Assembly: GCA_020536535.1 (NCBI GenBank)
Contig: JAHLWZ010000800.1
Location: 80,699-144,698, forward strand
Origin: Pelomyxa schiedti
Taxonomy: Eukaryota; Protista; Evosea
Reading direction: 5' to 3'
DNA length: 64,000 nucleotides
Shown here: piece after piece, positions 52,877 to 64,000 of the stretch
Layout of the letters: every line of letters starts with the position of its first letter
Position numbering within the stretch: position 1 is the stretch's first letter
Translations under genes and position numbers: made by a program
The notes under the pieces: generated by a model
Databases searched by the model: none
The model's input: only the letters and a program-made list of their open reading frames with translations
Told to the model about the DNA's origin: nothing

Positions 52877-55800
52877 TCAGGAACAGTATTTGGAGCCACA
52901 AAAGTGACAACCACAAAAACTGCATCCACACCACTCACATTCACAGTTTGAAGTGGCGGAATTATGGTACGGAGTTGTAGGTTCATTGTCCAGTGGCTGG
53001 AGAGTGGGCCTTATGTAGTCCAAAAATGGGATTGACAGGATGGCACCTAGGCTAGTCATTGCCTCCAGGTCTCCAGTGTTGCATTGCTTTTGTATTGCTT
53101 TCACTGCCGTAATGAAGGTGGATGCGGTGGAGAAGTGGCATGACCACCGGAGAATGTTTCCTAGCAGAACCCAGGGGGGGTTTGGCAGTCTAACAAGCAT
53201 TGCGAGGATAACCTGCTGTTCTTCTTCTGGTGAGTATCTGAAGAGTTCCGGAACCACTTCACTGGTGATGGTCGCAAGGAAGTTGTCGGGCGCATTTCTC
53301 CTAGCCAGATAAGTCGTTACAAGTTGTTGGCAGTACTTGGCTGCGAATATGTGGTGGCTCTTGGCTATTCTGCACGCCATGCTGGCCCATCCTTTCTTAC
53401 AACTGAGAGAATTCTGCATGCGCGATGAAGAATCAGGTCCGAAAGGAGAGAAGTGCTCACAGAAGTTGATAAGAAAAGGGAAGTCTCTTGTTGGGTGTGC
53501 ACGGCACTCTGTGTTCGGTGGGTGACTTGCACCAAAAATTGTACCTAATGCAAATAGCAACTCCTCAGACTCTTCATGCCCTTGGCGTACAACGGAAGTT
53601 GCTGTGTTGTTAATCTCGTACTCCAAGCTTGGAGAATAGAAAGTACCGTGCTCCCGAAATAAGTTGGAAATGAGTAGAATATGGCCGAATTCTAATCGCC
53701 CTGCACAATTTTGTCTCATAAACAACTGAACTTGCCCTGTTGAATGTAGGGCATTGGCCAGTAGATTTACTGCATATCGGCGGATAAGCAGTCTTCCTTG
53801 CAATGTAACCCTTGTTAGGGTGTATATCAGTTCAGGAGAAGGAGCCTTATCAAGCGCCACAAGTAACTTCAGCTGTTCACAAAGACTGTCCTCAGAGACA
53901 AGCCTCTCAAAAGGCGCGTTGCCCAAAATGTTACTGGCTCTATTGACCAAGTCGGTTCGAAAGGGTTCAACTGTATCCGAGTCAAGTTCAACAACAATTT
54001 CTGAAGCTAGACCAACATAGAATCTTGTTACATTGCCAAGGACACTAATAATAGTGTCATTGGGTATTATTGGTTTGATGTTGGGGTTCCTAGAACATTT
54101 ACCCATTATCACTACAATAGTTTTGCAGATGGTCATTTGAGAACTTTTATCTTTCCCCTCAAGGCAGTTCAGAAGGGAGCCGAAAATTCTGGCAATGATA
54201 TCCGGGGCACAACACAGACGAATTAATTCAGCCAGTACCCATTGTATGGACGTTTCTGTGCTTGATGTTGTGTGAGGGGTAATCCATAGTCCTCTGGACG
54301 GCACCGTTTCGGTAAAAAGTTTCTGTAAAAATGATTTGGCATATGTCAATCTGGAACCTGGGTGTGCCTCAAGAACTTTTATTACCGTGACGCACAACCT
54401 CCGGGTTACAGCAGTTTCACGAACAAAAAGTTCTCCCATCATTTCAATAGGTTTTGTTGGGGCTGAGAACATGGTTCCAAAACACGAGATTGCCTTGGAT
54501 CGAACTTCGGCGGAACGGTCATGCAAGAGATTGGCTATTTCTGCAGTGGAGAGACTATTATTGTGCACCAATATTGATGCTGCGTTACATCTTACTCCGG
54601 CATTTGCATCGTTAAGAAGTCGCCGAAGTTCTTGCAAGATTTCTGGTGTTAACAAATGTTGGTTGTGCCTAAGGAGATGACTTAAACATTTGGGAAATGC
54701 AGAGTGTTTGTATTCCTTTCTTAGTTTCGTGACAAATACTTGTAAATCAGGGGCTGGAATAACTGCAGAATGAGAGCGCATGAGTGCTTTCCAGAACATC
54801 AACCCAGTATTTTGGAACTGTGCATAAGGTCTTTTAACGCGATCAAGACAATAATTCAAAAATGACAGGATCAGAGGCAAAACAAAGAGGTATTTTTGAA
54901 TAGCTTCATCCAGCCTTTTCCAAGCTCGAGGGGTTATGAGTTTATATTCTAGCTGCTGAAATAGTATTGCTTGATTGTACTCCTGGGCAATACAACCGAC
55001 CAGTTGGAGCTTGTATCTCTTCCAGAACTCTGTATTATTAACTTGATAGAACTTCAAGCTTTCACTGTTGAATTGTGGAATCACACACTTAGATAGATCA
55101 AGTTTATTGCACCCTCTAATTTCAAAGACTTGTACATCTACAGCGCTGTTATTCTTGATTTCAAACTTGAATTCCGCCAGTGCTTCACATTGAATAACGT
55201 GAACGCATTTAATCTGGCTTGCTGCGGTTATTTTCAGGGATTTCATTGCAGTGCAGTCTTTGATGACCAGAACCCGGATCATTGGAAATTCCCCGGTTAA
55301 TTGTAAGAGGTGACTACACCTCAAAACGTGTAGACTTTCTAGGGAACTGAAGTTCGGGAAAGAGACAATGTGACAAGAATCGAGCCTTAAATGCAGAAGA
55401 CTATTTCTTGATAGCTGCAAAAGATTCACAATAGCGGATGTAATCTCACCTTGGATATTCACAAGAGACAATTTAGTAAATTGAGCCTCTATTGCTATGC
55501 AATGCTGAAGCAAAGAGGGTGCCCATAGCTTGGCAGAACTGTGTGAAAATTTGGCGTTATTCAGCAGGTTTTGCTTCTTGCCCACAATATTGAGTTCGCA
55601 AAAACTCTTAGTGATGCCTTTTTCCAGATCTCCGAGGATATGGAAAGCTTCCTCAGACTCGGAACAAATGTCGTCTATGGGATAAGTCCCTAACTGGTCA
55701 AAGCTATAAATATCGCCCTCTGGATAAAGTGTGTGAAAAGGTGATAATTGCTGACTTCTAATGCATGACCTGATTGTTGGAATTTTTTGGAATGCGATCG

Positions 55801-58800
55801 AGCCATCACATTTCCAATTTTCTGTTGCTATCCTGTAGCATTTGGCCATTCCAGAATCAAAAAAATCAAGCAGCTCTCCGTGTGTACAGTTTTGAGACAA
55901 GGGGCTGCTCAGAAGATGTCGCAAGTACTGTATTTCCTTCCCCAAGTTTGGTAGGTTAGAAAAATGCATGAGGGATGTCATCTTATACTGTTCCATTAAA
56001 GTGGGGAATGCTCCAAATAGTTCTTTGATATTTCTATCATGTGTCTGGATTTGCTGCAACCAAAGCTTGAGAAGCTGGACCGGATCCAGTGCCAAGAATG
56101 CGGATACTACGTGGGGGTTAAGCTTTACGTTGCCATCACACATCTGAGGGAGACAGAAAATGAAGCTCTTTAACTGACAAACCCCATCCTGGATCAGAGG
56201 AATTGGCATAAATGAATTGGTTGACTGTGACAAGACCCAGCCCTCTTGGATGTACAAATTCTCAGCTGAGTCGTTCCGAGGTTGAAGAAGTAGTGTTTCA
56301 ATCATTTTCCAAGTGAATGCTTTTTTATGGAGGGATGCAAACAATTGATCTGAAGATCTGATCATGTTGAGAGAATCACCTCTGGGCATGAACATAAATA
56401 CAGGGTAGGGTTCTTGTGGTCGGTTTGGATGAACAATTTTACCTAATACAGCAACAGTTCCATGTCCACTCAACAAATATGTGAACTCATCAGCTGCCAG
56501 TTGCCGTAATGGATAACTGGGATAAAACATGATATGGGCTATTGGCTGGCCATCACTTTTTTGTAGAAGCCTCATAATGGAGGGGTCTCCTTGAATTGAT
56601 CCATTTACATCAAACAGCATAGTGGAATACTCTTCTTTTAGGTTATATGTTGCATTTGCTCCCCCTGGGTTAACCCATGTAATTGTTACTTGCGTCATTT
56701 TCAGTGGGAGTGGGAGAACAAGTTCTGATAGGCGAGTACGGAAAGATACTTTAGAAATCTCTGAGGAGAGATGATTTCCACTAGAATTGAGAGGCACAGA
56801 GCCCAACCAATTATTTATATGGGGAAACCTTCTCTTATCGTATAAGTGTTCATTTACTCTGCAACGTGCATCAGCAGGTAGTTTCCAGTAGTACCCCTCC
56901 CATTCCTCCAATCCAATCTCCTCATTACATAGTAACTGACAACAATCTTGAAGAATTTGCTCTTTCCAACGTGGGGTATTGAAGAAGGCACCTTTCCTTT
57001 CAATAAGGGCATTGATGTTAATAAGAGTGTAATCCAGTTGGCTCATGAACGGATGAGCAAGTACCACAATGCCCGGATCAAGGTCGATCGCATTAGAGAA
57101 GAGGGATAAAAAGGCATCTGTTTCTCTTGAATGAAGGTATCTCGCAATGGCAAGATTTAGCATAAATTCGGCATCTTGGCGATCGAAAGAGTTGGAAGCC
57201 AGTGCCATTTTATAGTAGATGATAGCAGTCCCCCATTTTTGAGAAAAAAAGAAGGCATCACCTCTACTTTTCAGTAAGAGGTAACGAGGCAATGGAGAGG
57301 AGTCCAAGGAACAAGCATTCAGGGAGGTCCATTCTTCATTTATTTTTTGGTGCAGTTGATGAATGGCAACTTGAGTTTGCTGAGGATACGCAGTGCCTGA
57401 TATCTCTTTGTCACAAACCTTTTGGAGTCTGTACAGAAATTCTCTGCGTCTAATTAAATCGTCAGAGTACACAAGTACACGATAATAATCTCGAAGTTCC
57501 TGTATAATATAGTCTGGAACACTGGACACTGTCGTTGGTTGGGGAATGTGAGTAAAAACTGAGGTTTTTTCAGTCATGTCACAATTGAATAATGACTGGT
57601 TATCACGGTAAAATACAACAAATTCTGGGTAAACCTGCTGTTCAGGAACACAGAATTCATTCGAGTCAAAATGGCTCTCTGAATCGAAAGCAGAATTTGG
57701 TCCAAAGGAGGAATGGAAACCCTTTGGTGGACCTGCCTCAAACTTGTGATCTTTCTTTTTGTTGACATAAATATTTCCCAGTGTAACCCGACATATGAAA
57801 ACTGCTTTCAAGTGATTGCAGTTGTTTTCTGTGCAACTTTCACATCTTGCATAGGTAGCTGCCTTTGGAAATGAATCAGATAAGTAAATTCCCCCACCGC
57901 CAAGTGCCCCAAAGCCAGAAAAAAGGCCTGGGGTCGCAAAACTGCAGTTGAACCCGTCTTTGGTGATTTTTTTCATTGTCGACTGTGATGTTCCATGGAA
58001 GAGCCAGCATTCTCCAGTTAATTGATCAAGTACTGGAAGACCACTTTCTAGTTGAGCCAGCCAATGTATCTGCGATATTTGAGACTGCTTTGCTCCCTCC
58101 CGTAGAGAGACATAAATTTCACCCTTTTTTTCTTGGCATTGCTGCCACAGCTTGGGATTGTTAATAACTTTGATTTCGTAAATGGTAATGCTTTCAGATT
58201 GCCCCAGGTGCGTAGGGGGTTGCCGAGTCTCTTCCTGCAAGAAATGAAGTAAATTTCCTCTTTCAACAGCTTTCTTTAGCCTAGAGAGTTCACAGTAAAT
58301 CGATACATAGGTCTCTGTATCACTTGTGGCATGTATTAGGTACACCAGTACCTGGTGAAGCTTTTCGCTTTTGGGAATACTGCAGAGTGCACCTGAAGGA
58401 GGAAGCCAATTGGTATCTTTTTCCCACCCACCAAGTGGCCATAAAGGAGAAACACTACCGCCTGTTCCAATTGTATCATTCGAAAGAAAATTAGTCATCC
58501 AGCTTCTGTCCACTCTTACTGTCTCAGGAAAGGAGAAACCCAACTTGCTCTTCAAAGTCTCAAGGGATTCATCTTGGGAAATCGCAAGAGAGCGAGGTAC
58601 TATTGCGCCCTGCACTGACTTACATGAACACAACTGGGCACTTGTAAGTCCTTGAGTATCTTCGAAATTGGCGTCCTTCAATACACTGTCGTTTAGTACA
58701 CTCCCTGTAAGGCTTGCACCCTGCATGTAAGCCACAGAAAGTGCTGCAGATGAGAAATCCACACCAGATAGGCATGCATAGTGGAACAGGGGCCTTTCAG

Positions 58801-59822
58801 CACAGAACATGGACATATTTGCATCACACAGGTTGGCCCAGTCAAATTTTACGTGATCTCCATGAGCAGTTCGAAAACTCGAACTCATAAGTGACGATGC
58901 TGTGAAATCAGAGTGGCTAATTTCACACCCAGAGAAGTTCGTGCGATCCAAGCAGCAGCCGGAAAAATGTAAGTTTTTCAATTTTATGTGACCAGTAAAG
59001 GTAGTTCTAAAAAAGGACAGTCCATTGAAAACAATAGAGCCATTCGTATTGGTTAGAGGTACCCCTGAGAAATTGCAGAAAGTGAAGTCAATATAGACAC
59101 ACCCACACAGAGAACTGAAGTTGCTCAATTTCAACACAACGTCATCAGATTCTCTCCAAGAGCCATGGCCAAGAATGCCCAATGTGACACTTTTCCAAGT
59201 ATCATTCGGATCTCTCAAAGCAAGTGTAATCAGCAAGCTGAGCGCATGCTCCGACTTTGATGCCAGATCTGTCAATCTGCGCCGCTCACTTGCCGTCAGA
59301 TCCAGCATTGAGATGTGCAGAGGTGACGAAGACCCCGGAGTGATTCCGGAACCGGTTCCGGTTCCGGTTCCATTGCCGGAAACGCCGCACCGCTCGCAGA
59401 ATTCCTCGCTCGGAATTAGAGGCAGCGACACCCTGGTTATCAAATCGGCGCAAAAGAGGTTGTTCTCGTAATCCGAGTACTCGTCGGAATGCCCATTCGC
59501 GTTGGCGCCCGCAGGAGAAGAAACGCCCCCCAACAACAGCGGCGGGGCGGGGTCGCCGCCTCCCACAATTGGCCTCGGGGCCCCGCGGCCGATCTCGATG
59601 CACTCACGCAACTTGGCCTCGAAGCGCATGCGCCTGAGCGCCTTCGCTCGGTTCTGCCACAGAGGCTGCCCTTCGTGCCTCAAATTCGGCCAGGCGTAGG
59701 TAATCAGGGGTTTGAAGAACGCGGTCAGCAAAGGTGCAAGCTAAAACCAAGTCAATTGACATGTCCAAGTACAACTTAGAATCATGAAGCACCTTTCTTG
59801 CATTTTCGGCCTGTTGTTCCAT
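52877..59822 (-). CDS. ~2300-aa multidomain ADP-ribosyltransferase: pentapeptide repeats, PARP catalytic domain, TPR, kinase-like domain, LRR, HEAT/ARM, Cys-rich tail
   Basis: One 6.85-kb exon plus a short first exon (MEQQAENARK, 52-nt intron 59741-59792). Pentapeptide repeats ~58600-59100. PARP motifs WLFHGTS..GGGIYLSDSFPKAATYA..FICRVTLG..NEFCV..QVYPEFVVFY ~57600-58200. TPR LKSRGDAFF..AIIYYKMAL. LRRs ~55050-55480. HEAT LLNDANAGVRCNAA. Confidence 0.88.
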
Positions 59823-60151
59823 GTGGCCTGCAGGCCTATTTTTTTTTCTTTTGTTTGTGGCCACTGCCCACCATTTTGCTTAAAGTTTTTGTAAAGAAAC
59901 TTGGTCGTTTTCGTGGAATTCGGCGAGACAGCACCAGTGCAAAAAATTAAAGTCAAAAATTTGCGTTCTAGTGATACGATCAAAACTGTGTTAGGGGTCA
60001 TATTAACATCGGGATAACACTGGTGTGTAAGTGGTAGGCTAGACAGACACAATGTTATCTAATAGAGGGTGCACTAGGGCCAGCTTCCATACTAGGGAGG
60101 GAGGAAACTGGGATTTCTCTGCTGTGATCCAGGTCATTGACCGCTTCACTG

Positions 60152-61638
60152 TCAGTGATTGAGGCAGTAATCCGGCTTGGTGGAACTGCTTCTTTTGTCA
60201 TCAAATTCGATTGTGTAGGTGGTGAGGAAACTGCTATAGTCGGTGTGGGGTGGGTGGCTTTCTGGTGTGTTTTTGGGTGCGCCCAAATCCGGGCCCAATC
60301 TGGTCTTGTCAAAAAGTGTTGGAAGTTCAGGTGTGGGTCTCACGATTACACTTGATTCAGTAGTATCCGATTGTTCTTCGTGAACGACTTCTTCAGATAC
60401 TGGTCCTACTGGTTCCTCTTCCCCCTCCTCCTCTTTCTCTTCCTCCGCTTCTTCTTCGTCGATTTCTTCCTCCGCTTCCGCTTCTGCTTCCTCGATTTCT
60501 TCCTCCGCTTCCGCTTCTGCTTCCTCGATTTCTTCCTCCGCTTCTTCTACTTCCTCCTCAACGACTTCTACTACTTCCTCAACTACTTCCTCTTCAACTC
60601 CTTCTCCAGTTTCCTCTTCCCTTTCTTCCACTTCCACTTCCTCCGCATCAGCCTCTTCCTCCCCAACTTCACCCTCTTGTTCCTTGATTTTGTCATCGTC
60701 ATCTTCAGATATGCAATATTTACGCACTGGTTTTTCCTCGTCATTGTTGTCATCTTCGTGACCGTCCTCCTTACTTTCATTGTCTTCCACCAAAATCTCC
60801 TGAGCATGTGTTTGATCTTCAGCCTCCGCCCCATCTTCTTCCTCACTGTTTATTTTTTCGTCATCCCAGTCGCTCTCATATGCCTCTTCTCCAGATTGGT
60901 TTTCATCTTGAATGCCACCTTCTGTTTCCTGCAAATAATCCCCTTCGCGTTCCAGTCGGCCACACACTTGCTCTTTCCAAGACGGAACACTAGTTCCACT
61001 GTTCTCATGGTACCAGTCGTCGCCCTCGTCCTTCTCATCCTCCCAACCATCCTCGTATTGCTCACCGCTTTCTTCTTCCTCTTGGTCATTTTCCTCTTCA
61101 TCCTCGTCCTCTTCGCGTATCTCCACTCTGTAGCCACAGCCATCCTCGTAACCGGTTCCGGATGCGGATTCGTCGTCACTTATGGGATTACTTCTGTCGT
61201 GGCAACTCTGCCGGCTGCTACCATCGCCATCCCTGGTGTCCTCCAGTAATCCTTCCTGCAGAATTGTTGACACAGCTTGGTACAGTGACTCGTCACGGTT
61301 CTTTACAAGTTCCACCAGCGTTCCTACAGCACATTAGAGATGGTGGACAATGGACAAATAATAATGGTAGCAATAATAATAAAAACTCAGTTGCAGCAAC
61401 ACAAACTTAGTTCCTCCTCGATAAGATCGTCGTCACTCTCGCTGGAGGCGTAGGAGTTGGGAGAACCCGATCCCACAATGGCGTCTCGTCGGCCCTGCCC
61501 GCTCTGCCGCCGGCGATCTGTTAGCGCGCCGGCAAGTCTCCTCACAACCTCCGACGGAATGTTCTGCTCCCTTGGTCGCTGTCGCTCGTCCAGCGCGCTA
61601 GACGTTGTCGGTGTCTCATGTGGTACTTCGTCCGGCAT
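60152..61638 (-). CDS. Highly acidic (Glu/Asp-rich) hypothetical protein
   Basis: First exon MPDEVPHE (61638), then a 387-codon E-rich ORF; GAA/GAG bias supports this strand. Confidence 0.6.
60445..60545 (-). repeat. 36-bp coding tandem repeat (EEEIEEAEAEAE)
   Basis: About three copies of CTCGATTTCTTCCTCCGCTTCCGCTTCTGCTTC. Confidence 0.85.
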
Positions 61639-64000
61639 TTTTTGGTTTTTTTTTGGTACACTGAACTACGTTGGAGCTGCCAAGTTCCACAAGCCACACC
61701 CCCTAATGAGCATCACCCAGAGGCAGTAAACAAGAACAAAGTTCAGCAGGGAATTCTGGGCCAAAGCTAGGATTGTTGAATGCTCCTAGTCGTGCCACCT
61801 TTTTTTTCAAGGAGTAAGATCAAAGGCATTAGTCGATTGTGTTACACCGGTGTGCAAATGACCGGAGAATTGAGCGTTCAAAATGACAGGTTGATGAGGC
61901 GTTTTTTGAAGATACCACCATCAAAAAATCGGAGTTTGGGGGGCTCTTTACACTTGGCGGGGTTCGCGATTTTGCGGTTGGAACTTGGGGAGAGAAAACA
62001 GAAAAACAAAGAAAAATAACGGGTGTGTTGGTGACACCATGCTGGTGACGCATCGTGCCAATGTGTGTGGGTGTTGCGGAAGTACAACGTGATGGTGTTT
62101 ATATACGGTGCATGTTACCTCAGGCATGCTTTTTTTCTTTTTTTTTCCCTCTCCAAGTTTCCCACCTCAAAACAGAGAGTTGGTGACATGACACCGTTGG
62201 CTGTGGGACTTCTATGGACCAAGCTGGAACTGCATGTACCTTCTCTGTTTTTCTTTTTCGCGTTCTTACATTTGAAAACCAGCTGGTGTTGGGGGGGACA
62301 TTGCAGACACAGACAGGAACAGGGAGCTGAGCTGACAATCGAGCCCACGGTTATCCAATCACTCTCTACTTCATGCCACTCAGGTTCCCTTTAGAGATGA
62401 CCTAATCCAGAGGACCACATTCATTTCCCGCAGCTTGGCCACTGGTATATTTCTTATTTCTTCTTTTTCCCAGTTTCACCTTGTGTACTAGATGATGGAC
62501 TTACCGACTGCTGAGATGACAGCTGAGGTCACCATTCCTATCCCTTTGCGTCGGCATACCACACTCAGGGCTATTAGATACAGACAGTGCATGCCAGGTC
62601 CTGGAAACATGTGGGCTCCTCCTCCACATCCTTTCTGCATTTCCGCACCTTGTCACACTGGTATGTGTGGCTTCTTTTTTCTTTCTTCAGTCTGACGTAC
62701 TTTATTTAGGTTGTGAGATTTCCGGCTGAGAATAGGATGTCACCAAGGTACTGTCTCCCTTTTTATAATCGCCCAACTCAGCAATAACAGTTACCTCCAC
62801 TGCTGGAATGAGCATCACACCAGGCCAGACTTCCACTCAACAACCCACATTCTCACTCTACTTCCCCACACCTCTCCCTCTATCTCACACTCCAATCTGC
62901 TCTAAAGTGGGAAAAAAACGATACCAATTTGGAGAAGGTGGAGTTTAGGTCCTTAATGTCTTTTTTTTTTTTTTTGCCTGAAGTCGAAAATTGACTTCAG
63001 GCCAGGGCACATCAGGGGAGAAGTGGACTCTGGCATGTAGGGGCAAAGTGAGGAAGGTTCTGGAAATGCATTGAAGATGTTTGAATGCGGGAAAAAAAAA
63101 ACCTGGGAGTGGAGGTGAGGCCATACTGGGGGGACACTGAAAGTGAAAACCTGAGGAACGCGGAGCAGAGCTGCACACCATTCTCCTGGGCGGCGTCAGT
63201 CCAGGGTACCTATTATGTTTCAGTGGGGTGATGATGAAAAGGGAGAGGGGGATTTACCATGGTACAAGTAGGACAAGGTGAAACGAGGAAAAGAAGAAAC
63301 ATACCAGCGGCCAAGCTGCTGGAAGTCAAAGGGCTCCAATGCCAGCACTCCCACTGCATACAGGCTGAGTGCGGGAAAGGATCTAGAGATTGGAGGTGAG
63401 TATATTGGGTAACTCAAAGAAGAAGAGAATACCGCTGAAATGGAGCTGAGCTGCACACACATTCTTCTGGGTGCGTGCTCGCTTCTGCCTTCAGGTCTCC
63501 CTGCACCTGTCTGCCTCTCAACTAACATCTAAAACACCACCTGGTTATCAAATGTGAGAAGTCGAAAAAGAAAAACAGAGAAGATAAATGGAAACCTACC
63601 AGAGCACCAGCACCCCTGCATCATTATCTTCAAGGACCTGTGTTGATGTGGGAATAAAAAACAAAACCAAACTAAACAAAAACGAAAACGAATAAAACAA
63701 ACTTAAATAGCAGGAGACAAAGTGAGAAACAAAAAAAATACTGACTGAGGTGTTTAAATTAAAGTAAATTACATTAATAAATAAATAAGCATACCAATGG
63801 CGGAGCCCTTTCAGGAGGAGAAACTTGAAAATGGTGGTACGCTGCTGGGATTGAGAGGCCGAAACTGCGAAGTATGAGAGAAGAGCGAAAAGGCGTTAAG
63901 AAGGGATGTTGTAAATTGTGCAAGAGGGAAACTGGCAATAAGTGGGAGTGCATACATCCTCAAGCACTTGAAACGCCGGCATAGTGGACCCAAACCATAG

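Noticed and set aside
60371-61249. Phe/Leu-rich 'membrane protein' ORF
   Set aside because: Antisense of the Glu-rich gene.

Overview
Gene-dense eukaryotic DNA with many short (about 40-60 nt) GT-AG introns, poly-A/T tracts and CpG-rich first exons. The gene set (vacuolin-like SPFH protein, LRR-phosphatase, several bacterial-type anaerobe enzymes) suggests an anaerobic amoebozoan, possibly Pelomyxa-like; this is inference. About 22 spliced protein-coding genes are recognisable: RGS-like, NADAR, LRR + dual-specificity phosphatase, a legumain-like C13 protease with an A20 finger, an asteroid/XPG-type PIN protein, a KH protein, RING-archaemetzincin, NSRP1, importin-alpha, vacuolin, CoA-disulfide/persulfide reductase-rhodanese-TusA, L-cysteine desulfidase, LIM, a C1-domain protein, PUS7, a BNR/sialidase-like protein, PepF, and a ~2300-aa pentapeptide-PARP-TPR-pseudokinase-LRR-HEAT protein. 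A transposon cluster at 17.3-21.4 kb holds a cargo-carrying TIR element, a dead hAT element and a perfect 67-bp palindromic insertion. The most notable items are the tail-to-tail pair of bacterial-type sulfur genes, the giant near-intronless PARP, and the myristoylation-type C13 protease with a ubiquitin-binding finger. Gene boundaries and splice sites were read by eye and are approximate. No tRNA, rRNA or CRISPR arrays were seen.
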